In this document: positions 12,501-23,776 of the stretch, piece by piece | Position numbering within the stretch: the first letter of the stretch is position 1 | Layout: every line of letters starts with the position of its first letter | Assembly: GCA_013115125.1 (NCBI GenBank) | Contig: JABANN010000034.1 | Location: 1-64,000, forward strand | Direction of reading: 5' to 3' | DNA from: Perkinsus olseni | Taxonomy: Eukaryota | Length of the DNA stretch: 64,000 nucleotides | Notes under the pieces: generated by a model | Database searches by the model: none | What the model was told of the DNA's origin: nothing | The model's input: only the letters and a program-made list of their open reading frames with translations | Made by a program: the position numbers and the translations under genes

Positions 12501-14972
12501 GTAAACTCCGCTTCCTCAGTGAAACTGCCGACCTGCCAAGCGTACCCCGGCTGTTCATCCAAGGTACATCTGGGACAAGGGCACCTTCTTCCAGACCAGC
12601 AGCCCCTTCTCTGATGTCCAATTCCCCGCTATGCCTGACACGGACAACGCGGGCGCCGACAACGAGTTGCTCTTCAGTGAGCTCATGTTCCAGGCCGGCA
12701 AGATGTGAGCTGACCTCCTCCGGAATGACCGGTTGGATGCTGCTCCCAGATACGGTTTTGCCGCGAAGGGCCGCATCCCGGACGTGTCACCAACCGCCTC
12801 TACCAACGCCTTCTTCATCGAGATAGGGTAGGCTTTCTCTTCCACTGCCTCCCTGCTACGCTGTGGTACATCCTAGGTACACCGCTCGACAAATCACAGA
12901 GCGCTACGCTTCGCTCGTCATCCCCGCGCCATTAGTGTCTAGCCTTATAGACTGTTCAGTGAGCTCGCTGGAGGTGCCCTGTCAGAGGACGTCACTCAGA
13001 CTGTATCAGGTGTCGTACCTGTCCGCGAAGGAAGGGTATATAGCGAATCTGCTGGTGTTCTCCTTCCACATAGTGACACCCCTCACGGCTGGCGATGGCC
13101 TTATCATAAAGGGAGATGACAATATCAAGGGCTTCACCTTCGAACAGGTGACCGCCCTCCCCTGTGTCACCACACGCAGCGACTCCCCCTGCTCATGACA
13201 GGTGTGTAACCCTGTTGAAGTTGAAGACAGTCTGAAGCTCCCCGCTGGCGGCATCACCTGCAAGAGCATATACGAACAGAGCGTACCACGGATAACCCTC
13301 ACCGTCACTGATGAGCACACACTGCCCTCTGGTCTCTACAGGCTGGAGCTCCAGTCGGGCAATCCAGGTGAGCCGGTCGTCGGCCTCCTCGAACCAGTCG
13401 TAGTGGCGCCATCACTATAGACACACCGAGGATGGCCGGCACATGGACGTTTGGGACGTACAAGAAGGTGTCCGACTTTCCCAATGTGGACCCTATCGAC
13501 AAGAGTTTGACCATCACCGGTTACGACGTGCTCCTTACTATGACTAAGGCCATGATGGTCCCCCTGACCACCAGACAGAGTAGGGGCCTCCGCCGAACTT
13601 CTGTACGATAATGGTTTTTCCTCAGGGGCCCTTGCTGGGCGAGATGATAGGCCAGAGAAGATAAACAACATCGTAGTGGCCTTCAGGATCAGCAGCACGC
13701 CAACGTCAGAGCAGGACTTTGTCGGTTACGCTTCCGTTCTAGGTAGCGGGCTCACGTCTGCATCTCAGATCATACGGGCTCCGAGAGGGTTTGTTTTCGA
13801 CGACGATTGTCTGCCTGGTATCGTCACGAACAGCAAGCAAGTATTCGGCCTCACAGTGAGCCGTCATCATCATCACTGCATTATGGATGAATCGTGTGCC
13901 CATGATTAGGAAGAGTTCAATGAGAACCAATATCGAGTGTGGGACGACGAAGGGGCTCGTCCCCTGCTGTGCATCGGGGAGGGCCGCACGGCCTACCTTA
14001 CCTTCTCGCTGGGCATCTACAGGGACTCCACTTACGCCTTCCGGTAATGGGAGCCCCTGTCCCTCTCCAACGATGTGAATCAAATTCTCGCAGATTCCAA
14101 GTGAAGAACCCGACAGTAACGCCGGAAGTGAATCTGTGGAGCCTCGAGTACAACGGCTTCGCCTCTTTCCCTCTGGAGGGGTTCAGCCTTTGGACCTTCA
14201 CCGGCACCACTCTAAGTGAACTAAGACCGGATGGAACGCGTCAAAGTGACCGCCCTCTCAGGTGCCGCCAGCAAGGGTACGACCAGTATCGTTGAGGATG
14301 GCCAGCAGGAGAACTCCACTGCAGGTAGGAGGTGGACGAACAGCTGATGGCTGCTAGTTGAGCTCAGCAGGCAACCCCGTCTCGGTCTCCTTCACGCCCA
14401 CCAAGACTGTAGTCGGCAAGAACGACTTCTCCCTCTCTGTGTCCGGGAATAGTAGAAGGCTTCAAATTAACGAACGGGCTAATGGAGGTAAGGCTGGTCA
14501 GCTCTTGAGGCAACGCACGGCAAAGGATTCCTCGTTTGCGCCAGGCAAGATGGTCATCAACGCGCCGCCCACCTTTACCTTCTCGGACCCCTGTCATGTC
14601 ATCCTTGCTACCGAGGACGAATCTATTGTGTAAGTAACCAGGCTGCTCCTCGTCCAGTCTGTATAGCGCTGGGCACAGATGCCATTGTCAGGTTTACCGA
14701 GGGCACAGATTTCGAGTGCTCGGTTGCTACCGATGGTGATGGGAATCAGCAACTCACTGTGGAGCTCATCGGTACCAAAAGCGTCCTAGTGAGCACCAGC
14801 AGCAAGGGAAGACGGGAGCATCCGCTGCTCGACTTCAGGAGGCCATCACCTACGAGCTTACATTCTACGTGGTGAACCCGTTGGTGCCGCCGGACACGGT
14901 GGAGCCTTGGCTGCTCAAGAGCTACGACATCGAGGGGAATGCCCTGGATGAGGTCCCCATACCCGGATACGA
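3555..14972 (+). CDS. Giant multi-exon secreted/surface protein of unknown function with Cys motifs and repeated beta-rich modules; 3' end missing
   Basis: Putative signal peptide MLRSGCLFVLPCVLA at 3555 and dozens of GT-AG introns. Recurring motifs ACYCPSYGNC, VCMCQRQC, VCYCAEVTDSSEC, and repeated (L/V)xNP...W...D modules (LTLDNPRAP..W, VKNPTVTPEVNLWSL, VVNPLVPPDTVEPWLLKSYD). The last clear exon ends DEVPIPGY at 14972. The start and some junctions are uncertain. Confidence 0.7.
6431..6512 (-). tRNA. trnL-UAA: tRNA-Leu (anticodon UAA)
   Basis: Reverse complement GAGTGTT-TGCCCGAGTGGTTAAGGGG-GTGGA-CTTAAGA-TCCAC-long variable arm-GTGGG-TTCGAAC-CCCAC-AGCACTC-A. This is a full 82-nt cloverleaf with A and B boxes. 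Confidence 0.96.
11251..11314 (+). repeat. Intronic dispersed repeat, copy A (diverged)
   Basis: tgtgcatgagagcttcgagtccaacg...gctcaatcagactagcaccgatgtagcttggttt aligns by eye with the copies at 24949 and 26283. Confidence 0.6.
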
Positions 14973-15145
14973 GTAAGTTGTACCTTACGTTCTCCGTGTA
15001 CAGCCGTACCATCATCCTCGGTGTCAAGATATCCATCAACTTTAGTATCCTTGATATTCTCCTGCCCGCATGGCAGCAATTGGCGACGATGTAGACTTCG
15101 AAACGAAGGGGGAGCGTTTCGATCAATTTTCCTAGCACGTGGATA

Positions 15146-15936
15146 CAGCCCTCCAAATAAATTTGGAATATCGTGATTTTCTCGCCGCCAGCTCCAACTG
15201 GGACGAGTTACGAAACGAAATTTATAGAGATACCTTCTAGGACCCTACCGAGTATAACCCCAAAGTTTCAGACCACAACTCTTAATGGGTGCCGAGATCT
15301 CGGAGGGTCCCTCGAAAAATGTGCCAAATAATTTTGGAATACACGGCTTAAAATTCGGGAGGAAATACCAGTTTTTACTCAGTAAGTACCTCAAGTATTA
15401 ATCTTCCGGTTCATTGCAGCATACCGATGGAAAGAGCGTCTTTTCAATAGCTATCCACCTAACTTTCGTCACGATTCTCTGAGTTGTCTACTTGAGATTC
15501 GTCTTCGTAGAACAAAATCTCAGAAACGCGGCATATTTGGCTGTGAAAGGTCTATATTAGCGGGTTCTTGCAGTCAAGGCCGCCCACAACACTCTGGCTT
15601 TCGATGACCGTGACGAAAGTTAGGTGGATAGCTATTGGAATGACGCTCTTTCCATCGGTGTGCTGCAATGAACCGGGAGATTAATACTTGAGGTACTTAC
15701 TGAGTAAAAACTGGTATTTCCCCCCGAATTTTAAGCCGTGTATTCCAAAATTATTTGGCACATTTTTCGAGGGACCCTCCGAGATCTCGGCACCCATTAA
15801 GAGTTGTGGTCTGAAACTTTGGGGTTATACTCGGTAGGGTCCTAGAAGGTATCTCTATGAATTTCGTTTCGTAATTCGTCCCAGTTGGAGCTGGCGGCGA
15901 GAAAATCACGATATTCCAAATTTATTTGGAGGGCTG
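15146..15936. mobile_element. Non-autonomous Tc1/mariner-type foldback element (MITE), 328-bp TIRs, TA flanks
   Basis: 15146-15473 is the reverse complement of 15609-15936 (7 mismatches counted by eye), with a 135-bp spacer. Termini are TA|CAGCCCTCC...GGAGGGCTG|TA. No transposase ORF. Confidence 0.93.
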
Positions 15937-15989
15937 TATAAGAATGTCGGAGAGATCGCATCATCGAGTCTTGCGGGTTCCCGCCCCAC

Positions 15990-18308
15990 CTGGAGCCAAA
16001 CGTCGATGTATTTGGAGCAATATGAAACTGTGCAGTTATCTCGCCACGGTTCAACAGGCTGACCTCGTAGTGGTGAGTGGACTCAACATATACCTGGGCA
16101 TTGAATGCTCGGGTAAAAGCCCACGACGGCGCGCCATACCTCGCCAACGTCCAGTTCGTCGTACGAGAAGGCCGCCTTGGGGCCGATCCCGACGCCGTGG
16201 ACTGTCAATGGTATCCGCTCAACCGAGCCCACGATGCTGCAGTATGCCGAGCAGCTGTACTGCAGGGCTGACAATGGCCCGAACGTCACCTGATACGCTA
16301 TGGTGTACTGAGAGCCCGAGTAGGGGAGCGTACGGTAATAGTCCTGGAGGCCCCCGGGTAGATGGTGGACACTATGGGATCTATGCTGAAGACCTCATCG
16401 TAGAAGTACAGCGGGTCCTCGTTAATCTGCCTCGTTATGTTATCATATCTATCGGGATGATGACAATCCTCCACTCCCATTCAGATCCCACGGCTCACTT
16501 CGTTTGGAGGGCCCGCATCACTAGGCCTCCCATTTTGGAGTTCTTCATCGTTTCAGAAGAGCCCTCGTCGCTCTCACTCTCAGTACTGCTGCTGCTACTG
16601 CTCGCGCTCGGGCTCGTCAACCCGCTGGCCTTCCCCGGTGAAGCGGTGATGCTTTCCAAGACACTGCGGATGGCGGGCGGATACTCGTCGCGAATCATCT
16701 CTAACGAGGAACCTGACCGTCATGGACCGGCATTGCGAACAGTCGCGTCAGACTTCCCCAGGGATACCCAGGTCGTCCTTGGCGGTACTGCATAGTGCCA
16801 GCGTGTAGAGCTGCTCCTCCGCCTGCTCTCGACCGAGCTGGACTAATAGCTTCTCCTTCTCCTCTCTGTCAACTGCATCACTCGAGAATGCTCGCCAAGA
16901 GAACTCGACGATCACATCAGAGTTATTGGTGATCATGAAGCTTTTTCGGGAACCTTACCACAACTCTCACAATTCAGGATGCGACGTCCAATCGTTACTC
17001 AGCGCAATGTAAGTGCTGTCCATTGGAAGGCTTCTGACACTGAACTTGATATCGCCGGTGACTCCTGTGCCTTCGCACTCAATGGTAGAAGTCCGAATGC
17101 CGCTGTGATGGTCTTCGTCAGGCGGCGACAGATTAGTCTCACTTGGGTTGAAGTACCTGTTGAGCGTGCCAAGTATCTAGACGCTCGTGAATGGCGAGCC
17201 AGGGACGGAATTTACCGGATGGTCACAGCACGGCGATAATGCTCCAGATTGTTTGGTCTGAAACCCAGCTCAACCTGGCCACCCTCGCCCGCTTGCAGCA
17301 CGCCGGTACTGCCAGAAATGCAATAGAGGACCTCGGGAACCGTGCCTGATTCGGGTAGGATTTGACTTTCATTTCCCAAAACTGAAGGCTAAGAAGCTCG
17401 CGCCAACAAATATGGGATTCTTCGGTCGTAGGAACCTCAAGAAGCTCCACGGTCATTACACAGTATAAACGACGCAGATAGCTTCTCACCCTGCAAAGGC
17501 TGTGGAGGAGTACAGTGGACGGCGTACTGCGCTGCGACATCGCCAACATTCCTAATGTACACTACTCGAGGCTCGCCGTGCTTCACTAAGACCTGCCCAT
17601 AAAACCGGTAAGGATTACGACAGGTAAACGGCACTCACATTTCCAAAGTCCAGTTGCCTAGGGACGTCGAGCTTGGGTACTCCCGCGAAGGCTCTGATCG
17701 GCACTACGAAAACCTCTCGCTCGGTGACAACTTCCAGATCATGACAATAATCAGCCCGGGCGTCGGGATGGAATTTGATGAGGAAAGACACTTCCATGCC
17801 GGGGGCTACGAGATCGTATCGGTCCTTGCCGTTCTTACGCGTAACCTGAGGCTAGTTTTTGCCCCAAATAAGAGAGCGATGAATGACACTCAGTGAAGCT
17901 GTTACGTACTTTGAAATGCTCTACTGGAGGAGGCAGAACCTGCACCCGCCGCGACACAGTATCTTTATTGCGCAGAGACAGTGTCATGCTAAGCTTGTCC
18001 ATCCCGTGATAGTGCGCGAACTGAGTAGCAACAGAGTCAGGCGTATTCATTCTGAGGGCGACCAGCCTTCGGCCAAGCCCTCACTCGTGAAGCAGGCGCT
18101 GTGACCTTACCCGTATCGTGGGTGGATTTGGTTCGAATAATGGCTCGTTTAGAGGAACGCTAGTCTCTCTATGAAGAGAGTGGAATGCGATGTCCAATTG
18201 CCGTACGATTCGGATTGGTCCCGCTTTAGAGTCGCGTTGTTGTCGCTGAACCGTTTGAGGGCTGGTGGTTGAGGAAAGAGGCAACTCCGAGATTTCGGAT
18301 ATTATCAT
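15990..18308 (-). CDS. HYDIN: HYDIN central-pair protein, N-terminal portion only (truncated)
   Basis: Spliced peptides match the HYDIN N-terminal pattern: EPLFEPNPPTI, LSLRNKDTVSRRVQV, FHPDARADYCHDLEVVTEREVFVVPIRA, LDFGNV, VYIRNVGD, NNSDVIVEFSWRAF, AYCSIVGSVERIPLTVHGVGIGPK, HYEVSLLNRGEI. The sequence runs into the MITE inside the next intron. Confidence 0.88.
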
Positions 18309-18750
18309 GGACAGAGGATGATGAGACAAAGGCTATGGTGGGTCGTACATAATGCGTAAGGCTCGAGCTTAGGAGAGCCTCGTCGCGAAGCCGCTTTCGT
18401 GACTTAGGGGACAGTCGCGCCGAGGAAAGCTCTAATTAACGATGAAAAGTCGCATGGTGCTCGGAAATGGATCTTGCAAAAATCGGTACCATCCATTTCG
18501 GCAGAGAATGCGTCCCAGTTTCTAGGAAGCTTCACAGTCAAACAGGCCGCATCGCTAGATGTGGGAATGACAATACTGAAGCCCAAACCTCCTTGCTTAA
18601 TGGAGGTACAGAATCGCTGTAGGGCTAAATTGGGTAGCATTTGGGGCGAGCGCGAGCAGAAAGAGCGCTTTACGCGCAAAATGCAGTCAGTCTTCGCGAC
18701 GGAAGGTGGACAACTAAAAGTGTATATTGTTGAGCCTGATCTCTCATAAA

Positions 18751-20346
18751 ATGTCTGGAGAACAGCTAATCTCTCAGTCCGGTGTCACTGGAGCTTCAGT
18801 TCTGGCAGTAAAGTAGGGAGGAGCGGAGCGATGTGCCTGTCGTCTCCTTTATTTCAGGTACCAGGACGGTATTATGATGTGTTATGATACCCTTGCTAGT
18901 CATGGTAGCTCGTCAAGGCTCACTGGCGTCGACAGGGTCATCAAGGTGGGCGAAACATATCGGCAATAGGTGGTCCGTTCTTTATCGGATGATTCCGCAT
19001 TATTTCTCATGAACATTCACATTACTTTCCTCTGATAATTCGCGTCCATAGAATTGATGACATGAGTGGATACACGAAGACGTCCTGAGTTGGTCTAGTA
19101 TCGTGTCGATCAGAGCACATTAGCGATCCTTAGCAGTGATTTAGCCGAGTCTCGTCGTGGTTGCCCGGTGAATGCTGCGCTCCGCGAATATTATTATGTT
19201 TTAGGTTGGCAGCAATACCCTGGTGGCTGCTTCTGGCGAGATTTCTGATTTCCAGTACGCATCTTAGGTTGATTAGCGAAGATGCTGAATGGTGGGTCTG
19301 TGGTCATCTATAAAGGTACCTAGCGGATTCATCACGTGATCTCGAGAGCGAGGACTGGCTCTGTGATGACGGAACTGAGTAAGTGCCAGAGTAGTATCTT
19401 AGGCTAATACATGCAAGATACGAAATACGTCAAGCCGAGTTTGCTTTTATTCCAAGCGTGGCCCTTCAGAGTGGGCTGAATACATAAGTCGTATCTGCTA
19501 CCAAAAAAGGGGTGAATTGGATCCCCTGTGCAATAATTTTGTACTTGGAGGCATCAACAAGAAGAGAACTGAGGAGCCTCACTACCTCGCCACGCTCGAC
19601 CCCCACGGCACCCTCTTCGAGGAGGACGTCGTCGCGACAGGTGACCTCTACGCCGGGGCATGGTGGGCATATCGTCAGCTGTGCAGTGTGGGTCTGTGAA
19701 TTGTAGTGTTTAAAAGCAGTAAAGAACTAAAATTTAGTCATTCCTGATCATATCAAGTAATGCTTTTCGTTTTTGAAGTAGTTCTTCACATGCTAATAGT
19801 ACCTGCAATAGTGACCGTAGACATACCGTCATCCTGTCGACTATCTGCAGATCAGCGCTCGTATAGCCCGCTTCCCCGGCAGAAGCGGCAGTATCGACCC
19901 AAGAGGGTCTGCTCAGGTTCCGGTGAGGAGTTGGCACTCCCCATCATGCGCAGTAGGCATCGTAATGATATGACCGAGGCAGAGGCCAGGGGCATGCTGG
20001 AAGAGTGTAAGGTTGCTTGTTGGTACCGTAGTGCATGCGTGCATATCATGCTTAACTTAGGTATGAGGGTTCTGTTCCATCGTCATGGCAACTGTTCTAA
20101 CAAGGTCAAGTTTGCCGCAATCACAGCTGAAGGCTCGAATATTTCTGATGAGGTGGTTCCGTCATGACGAGGCCCTACGGATAGATATTTGGCTTCGCGT
20201 CGCTGTTTTGAGACCGAATTTCTGTCGCATGAGGGATGGAGAATATCACTAGGACTTTGTTTTATGACTCATGACATGCCACTTGACAGCCACTATTCTC
20301 GTCTTCCCAGGTCGTTCTTTCTGACAATTTGGGCCTGCCAAGATAG
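18751..20346 (+). CDS. PSMB4: 20S proteasome subunit beta-7 (PSMB4/Pre4-like), divergent
   Basis: Spliced peptides: VTGASVLAVKYQDGIMMCYDTLASHGS, ASGEISDFQ, DPLCNNFVLGG, HGTLFEEDVVATGFGEELALPIMR, EECMRVLFHRH. The last exon and one internal junction are uncertain. Confidence 0.85.
18982..19038 (+). ncRNA. Candidate intronic C/D-box snoRNA-like element
   Basis: ttatc..ATGATT...CTGA..gataa terminal stem inside an unusually long (~260 nt) intron. It is short and the C box is imperfect. Confidence 0.25.
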
Positions 20347-20984
20347 AAGTAGATGCTCCCACTGGTGAGAAGGTAACAAAGCTGTGCTGCCGTGCCGGTG
20401 CGGGAACGCTGCGTGTGAATTTAGTTGAAGAATACGACCAGCAGCAGCGAGCTCTTTGTGTGACTATGCTGATTCATGCTTTTGCGATATTCACTCATGG
20501 TCATTCTAAATCGCAGTGTCGTGTTACGTCATTCTAAGGCTCGCTGCTCTAACCATCATGGGCGGACATCGGGTATTTTTAGGCTCGGATCTGTCACTCT
20601 GGTTGTCGTATGGCCGTGAATCCTTCTGTCGATGTGCATGATGCACATATGATATGCACAGTGCGTCAGCAAGAAGCATATGTGTCCGAAACCCCGATAT
20701 GGGCTGTAACCACCAGAATGGTTCACGTCGTGAACTTCGCGTGTGTTCCTTTCGGTTGGACGAGGAAATGTACTGCATTCAAGTGTCGTAGAGAAGGGAG
20801 TATACCGTATACTGCAGGAATGGCCTTCTAGTCAAGAGGCCAATGATGGGTCAAAAGTTTTGACCCATTTTACGTATCATTGCTTCGTGAACGACCCATA
20901 AAAGATAGGGTGTCACCGACCAGATCCGATCTGGCAGATCGTGCGCACACTGTGCGTGTGCTTGAAAATTTCAAGTTCAAACGT

Positions 20985-21068
20985 CTTCCGTCCCGGGGAT
21001 TCCTTGCAAAACTGTAGATGGTCTTGTATGCCTTCCGTCCCAGGAATTCCTTGCAAAAGATGGTCCTG
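20985..21068. repeat. Imperfect tandem direct repeat (2 copies, ~47-bp period)
   Basis: cttccgtccccggggattccttgcaaaa..agatggtcttgt / cttccgtcccaggaattccttgcaaaagatggtcctgt. Confidence 0.7.
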
Positions 21069-22449
21069 TCGTATCTGCTCATTATGAGCCAATTATCTAT
21101 GATAGATTATCGCAGATTCCCTACACACAACTGTTGTGCCTATGTCATAGGCATAGGCCCTATGACATGGCAACGCAACTACACCATTTTCACCTCAAGT
21201 TAAAAGGCTGTGACCCCAATTTGAATACATACTGGTTGGTTACCAGCCAGATCAGCCGACCGACCACATCACCGCGAGGGCCTTTATTCTCGACTCAGGG
21301 ATCTCGAGCTAGCTCTAGGAACTCTAGGCTATAGGGTTACGGTTACCTTCTAGGCAACACGTAAGAAGTTGTCAAAGGCATTTTTTACCAGTCATGGCAA
21401 ACCCAAGTACTTAAGACTTCTCAAGAGACTGTAATTAAGAGTACATCATCAATCAAAGGGCAACGCTAGGCTAAGATATGGGGCAGATATCTTGTGTGCT
21501 GAGTGGTCAGGGACACTGGCCACCAGTCACACAACAGCATTGTCATAGCCCTCTTGAGTTGGATACTGGTCAATCCACTCGTTGTCGTGAGCCTTAAAAG
21601 GACTCTATCCGGAGGCCGCAGTTGTCGCAGTCTACGACTCGTAGAATACAGAATAAAGGATCAGAGTGAAGCCGGGACCAGAATCGTGGATTAAGTCGGT
21701 GCAGCTGCGGGTGCTTGCGGTTTGACAAACCACAACGAACCGGGTTCGTTGAGAATCTCATTGAGACTCAACTTTAGACCGTAGGCACAGTTAAGCCAAA
21801 CCCAGTATTAAGTTAACACAAACCCGGGTTGAGTCGGATTAACGTAATTAATGAGTTCTGAATTTTACGATAAGACTCTACGATCATCCTAGCGTCGCAG
21901 CTTGAGTAGTGCAAGCTGCGCGCCACAGACACAACCGGGGACAGACGGTACGGCACACAGTAAGCATCACCCAAATGTACTGTCCAACTGTTGAGTTATC
22001 TCACCAGTAGATTCTGAGTCAGAATCTACCCGCCGACGGGCGAGGCCTTGGATGTCAATCCTATAAGCATGTGCGGTGTATTCCAGCTTCGATGATATTT
22101 ATACATCATGATGATCCAGGGGACGTATAATACCAGGGAAAAGGACTTGCGAACAGAAGAGCGACACGAGTGTACCACATTATACGGTATGCTTCTTGAC
22201 CTGGTATCCACCGGTGACCCTGGAAACGCTCCACGCATGAGGAATGAAAGAAACTTTGACTAGGTTGGACTCGCCGGGTTGGTTCCTGCGCTTGGCGAAG
22301 GAAACAAGCGTGACAAGAACAGCACTGGTCAAGGGCCTTGACTCAAGACCCATCTGGAGTCGCAACCTGAACCATATCAAGTAAGGTACTCTGCTGGCAC
22401 AGGGCAATGTGAGCACTTTTGCTCGTATTAGGTTTCTCTTGGTGTGTAG

Positions 22450-22974
22450 GTTCTCTTCGATATGTGGACTACGCCTTCAGAAGAAGAGGTCATGGCACTA
22501 CAAATCGTACTCTGGGGTGGGAATCTGAAGCATGATCAAGATGATCGTGCGTCATTCCCTGTCCTCATGGCACTCAAGAAAATGCCGGACGGTACAGCGA
22601 AGAGTATTGGAGAGGTCATATCTCAAGTGAGAACTCATCAGTTCCAGCTATGAACACTCCCTCTGTCTCCCTCAGACGTGCACGAAGTATGGCATTGATC
22701 CACAGTGTGGATCCCGACGGGGCCCCCGAATGTCACGGCTGCAGAAGCCGAAAGCCTCGCATGCGGAATGCAGCATAATGCTGCAGTTATGCTTGAGTTA
22801 TGCTGCAGTTCGGAATGATTCCGAATGCTGCGGTTAATCCTCCACCGTGTTCGTTTTGCTGCGGCAAAACCTTCGTAATGAAGGTTTTGTTTCACTGGTT
22901 CATGGGAGATGATCCGGGTTGGTGAGAGAGCGTGCCTCTGGGGGCATCCTTCCACCAACAATGATGTTGAATGA
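22450..22974 (+). mobile_element. Degenerate hAT-like transposase remnant with spliceosomal introns
   Basis: VLFDMWT (first catalytic D), GTAKSIGEVISQ|TCTKYGI, then frame-shifted DGAPNV, CSIMLQL (CxxH-LQL-like) and PSTNNDVE* (P-x-T-x-x-x-VER-like). GT-AG introns flank the first exon. Confidence 0.6.
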
Positions 22975-23776
22975 GCCGATGGGAATATCAGAAGATTGGA
23001 ACTTAAAGAAAGAATGAATGTGACAGACTTTGAGCGTGTGGTCGCCACTGAGTTGGTTTCCAGCCGCGACGCGTACTTACATTATCCACAAAATTACCGA
23101 AGGTTCGAGCAACACGTTGATATCCGGGTCAAGTGGACCGTGTGGGTATTACCCACTGGGTGATACCCACAAGGTTCACCTGTTGGATTATGCCGTTCTA
23201 AAGCCAAAAACACGTGATACTTCTACTGGACTTCGATATCGTTGTGTTTAGGTCGGACGATGAGATAATGAAGTACGTCTTGCCATGCGAGGAATTCGGT
23301 GTCCAGTCGAGACCGATATCGTCGACACTGTCGACGTTACCATCAACAAACTATGTGACTCACATTGTGTATTTAGGTCGACTTTGAGATGCTGGCAATT
23401 TATCCAAATTATGATGATTGAGTCGTCTAGGACGTACAACTCGGATCGCCAGTATGAGGGCGTTGCAATCGGGGGAATCAGGTTGAGAGACCGAAATGTT
23501 GGAGCCACGGGCTGCGGCCCACAGCAGAGGGTCGCTCCCAGGAGCTCGAAGGGCCTATGTAGAAGTCTTCTACTAGAAGACCGCTAGTATAACCAAACCA
23601 TCTACTCCGCCAGACCGGCTCTTGATCTTCCCCAGTACTGAACGCTGAACGAAGTCTTTCCGTGGAACACAGGGCAGCAGAGTCTGCTGAGCAGACCATG
23701 TCAGCTTGAGAAACATGTGCTCCAGGTCTAATGCCTGATGCAGCGGATATCTCAATGCCATTCAATGAATGGGGCG

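Noticed and set aside
15926-16795. 289-aa plus-strand ORF
   Set aside because: It is antisense to HYDIN exons and starts inside the MITE; a shadow ORF.
19011-19027. Guide complementary to a generic 5.8S rRNA motif (AAGTAATGTGAAT)
   Set aside because: It is not adjacent to the D box, and the host 5.8S sequence probably differs; unverified.
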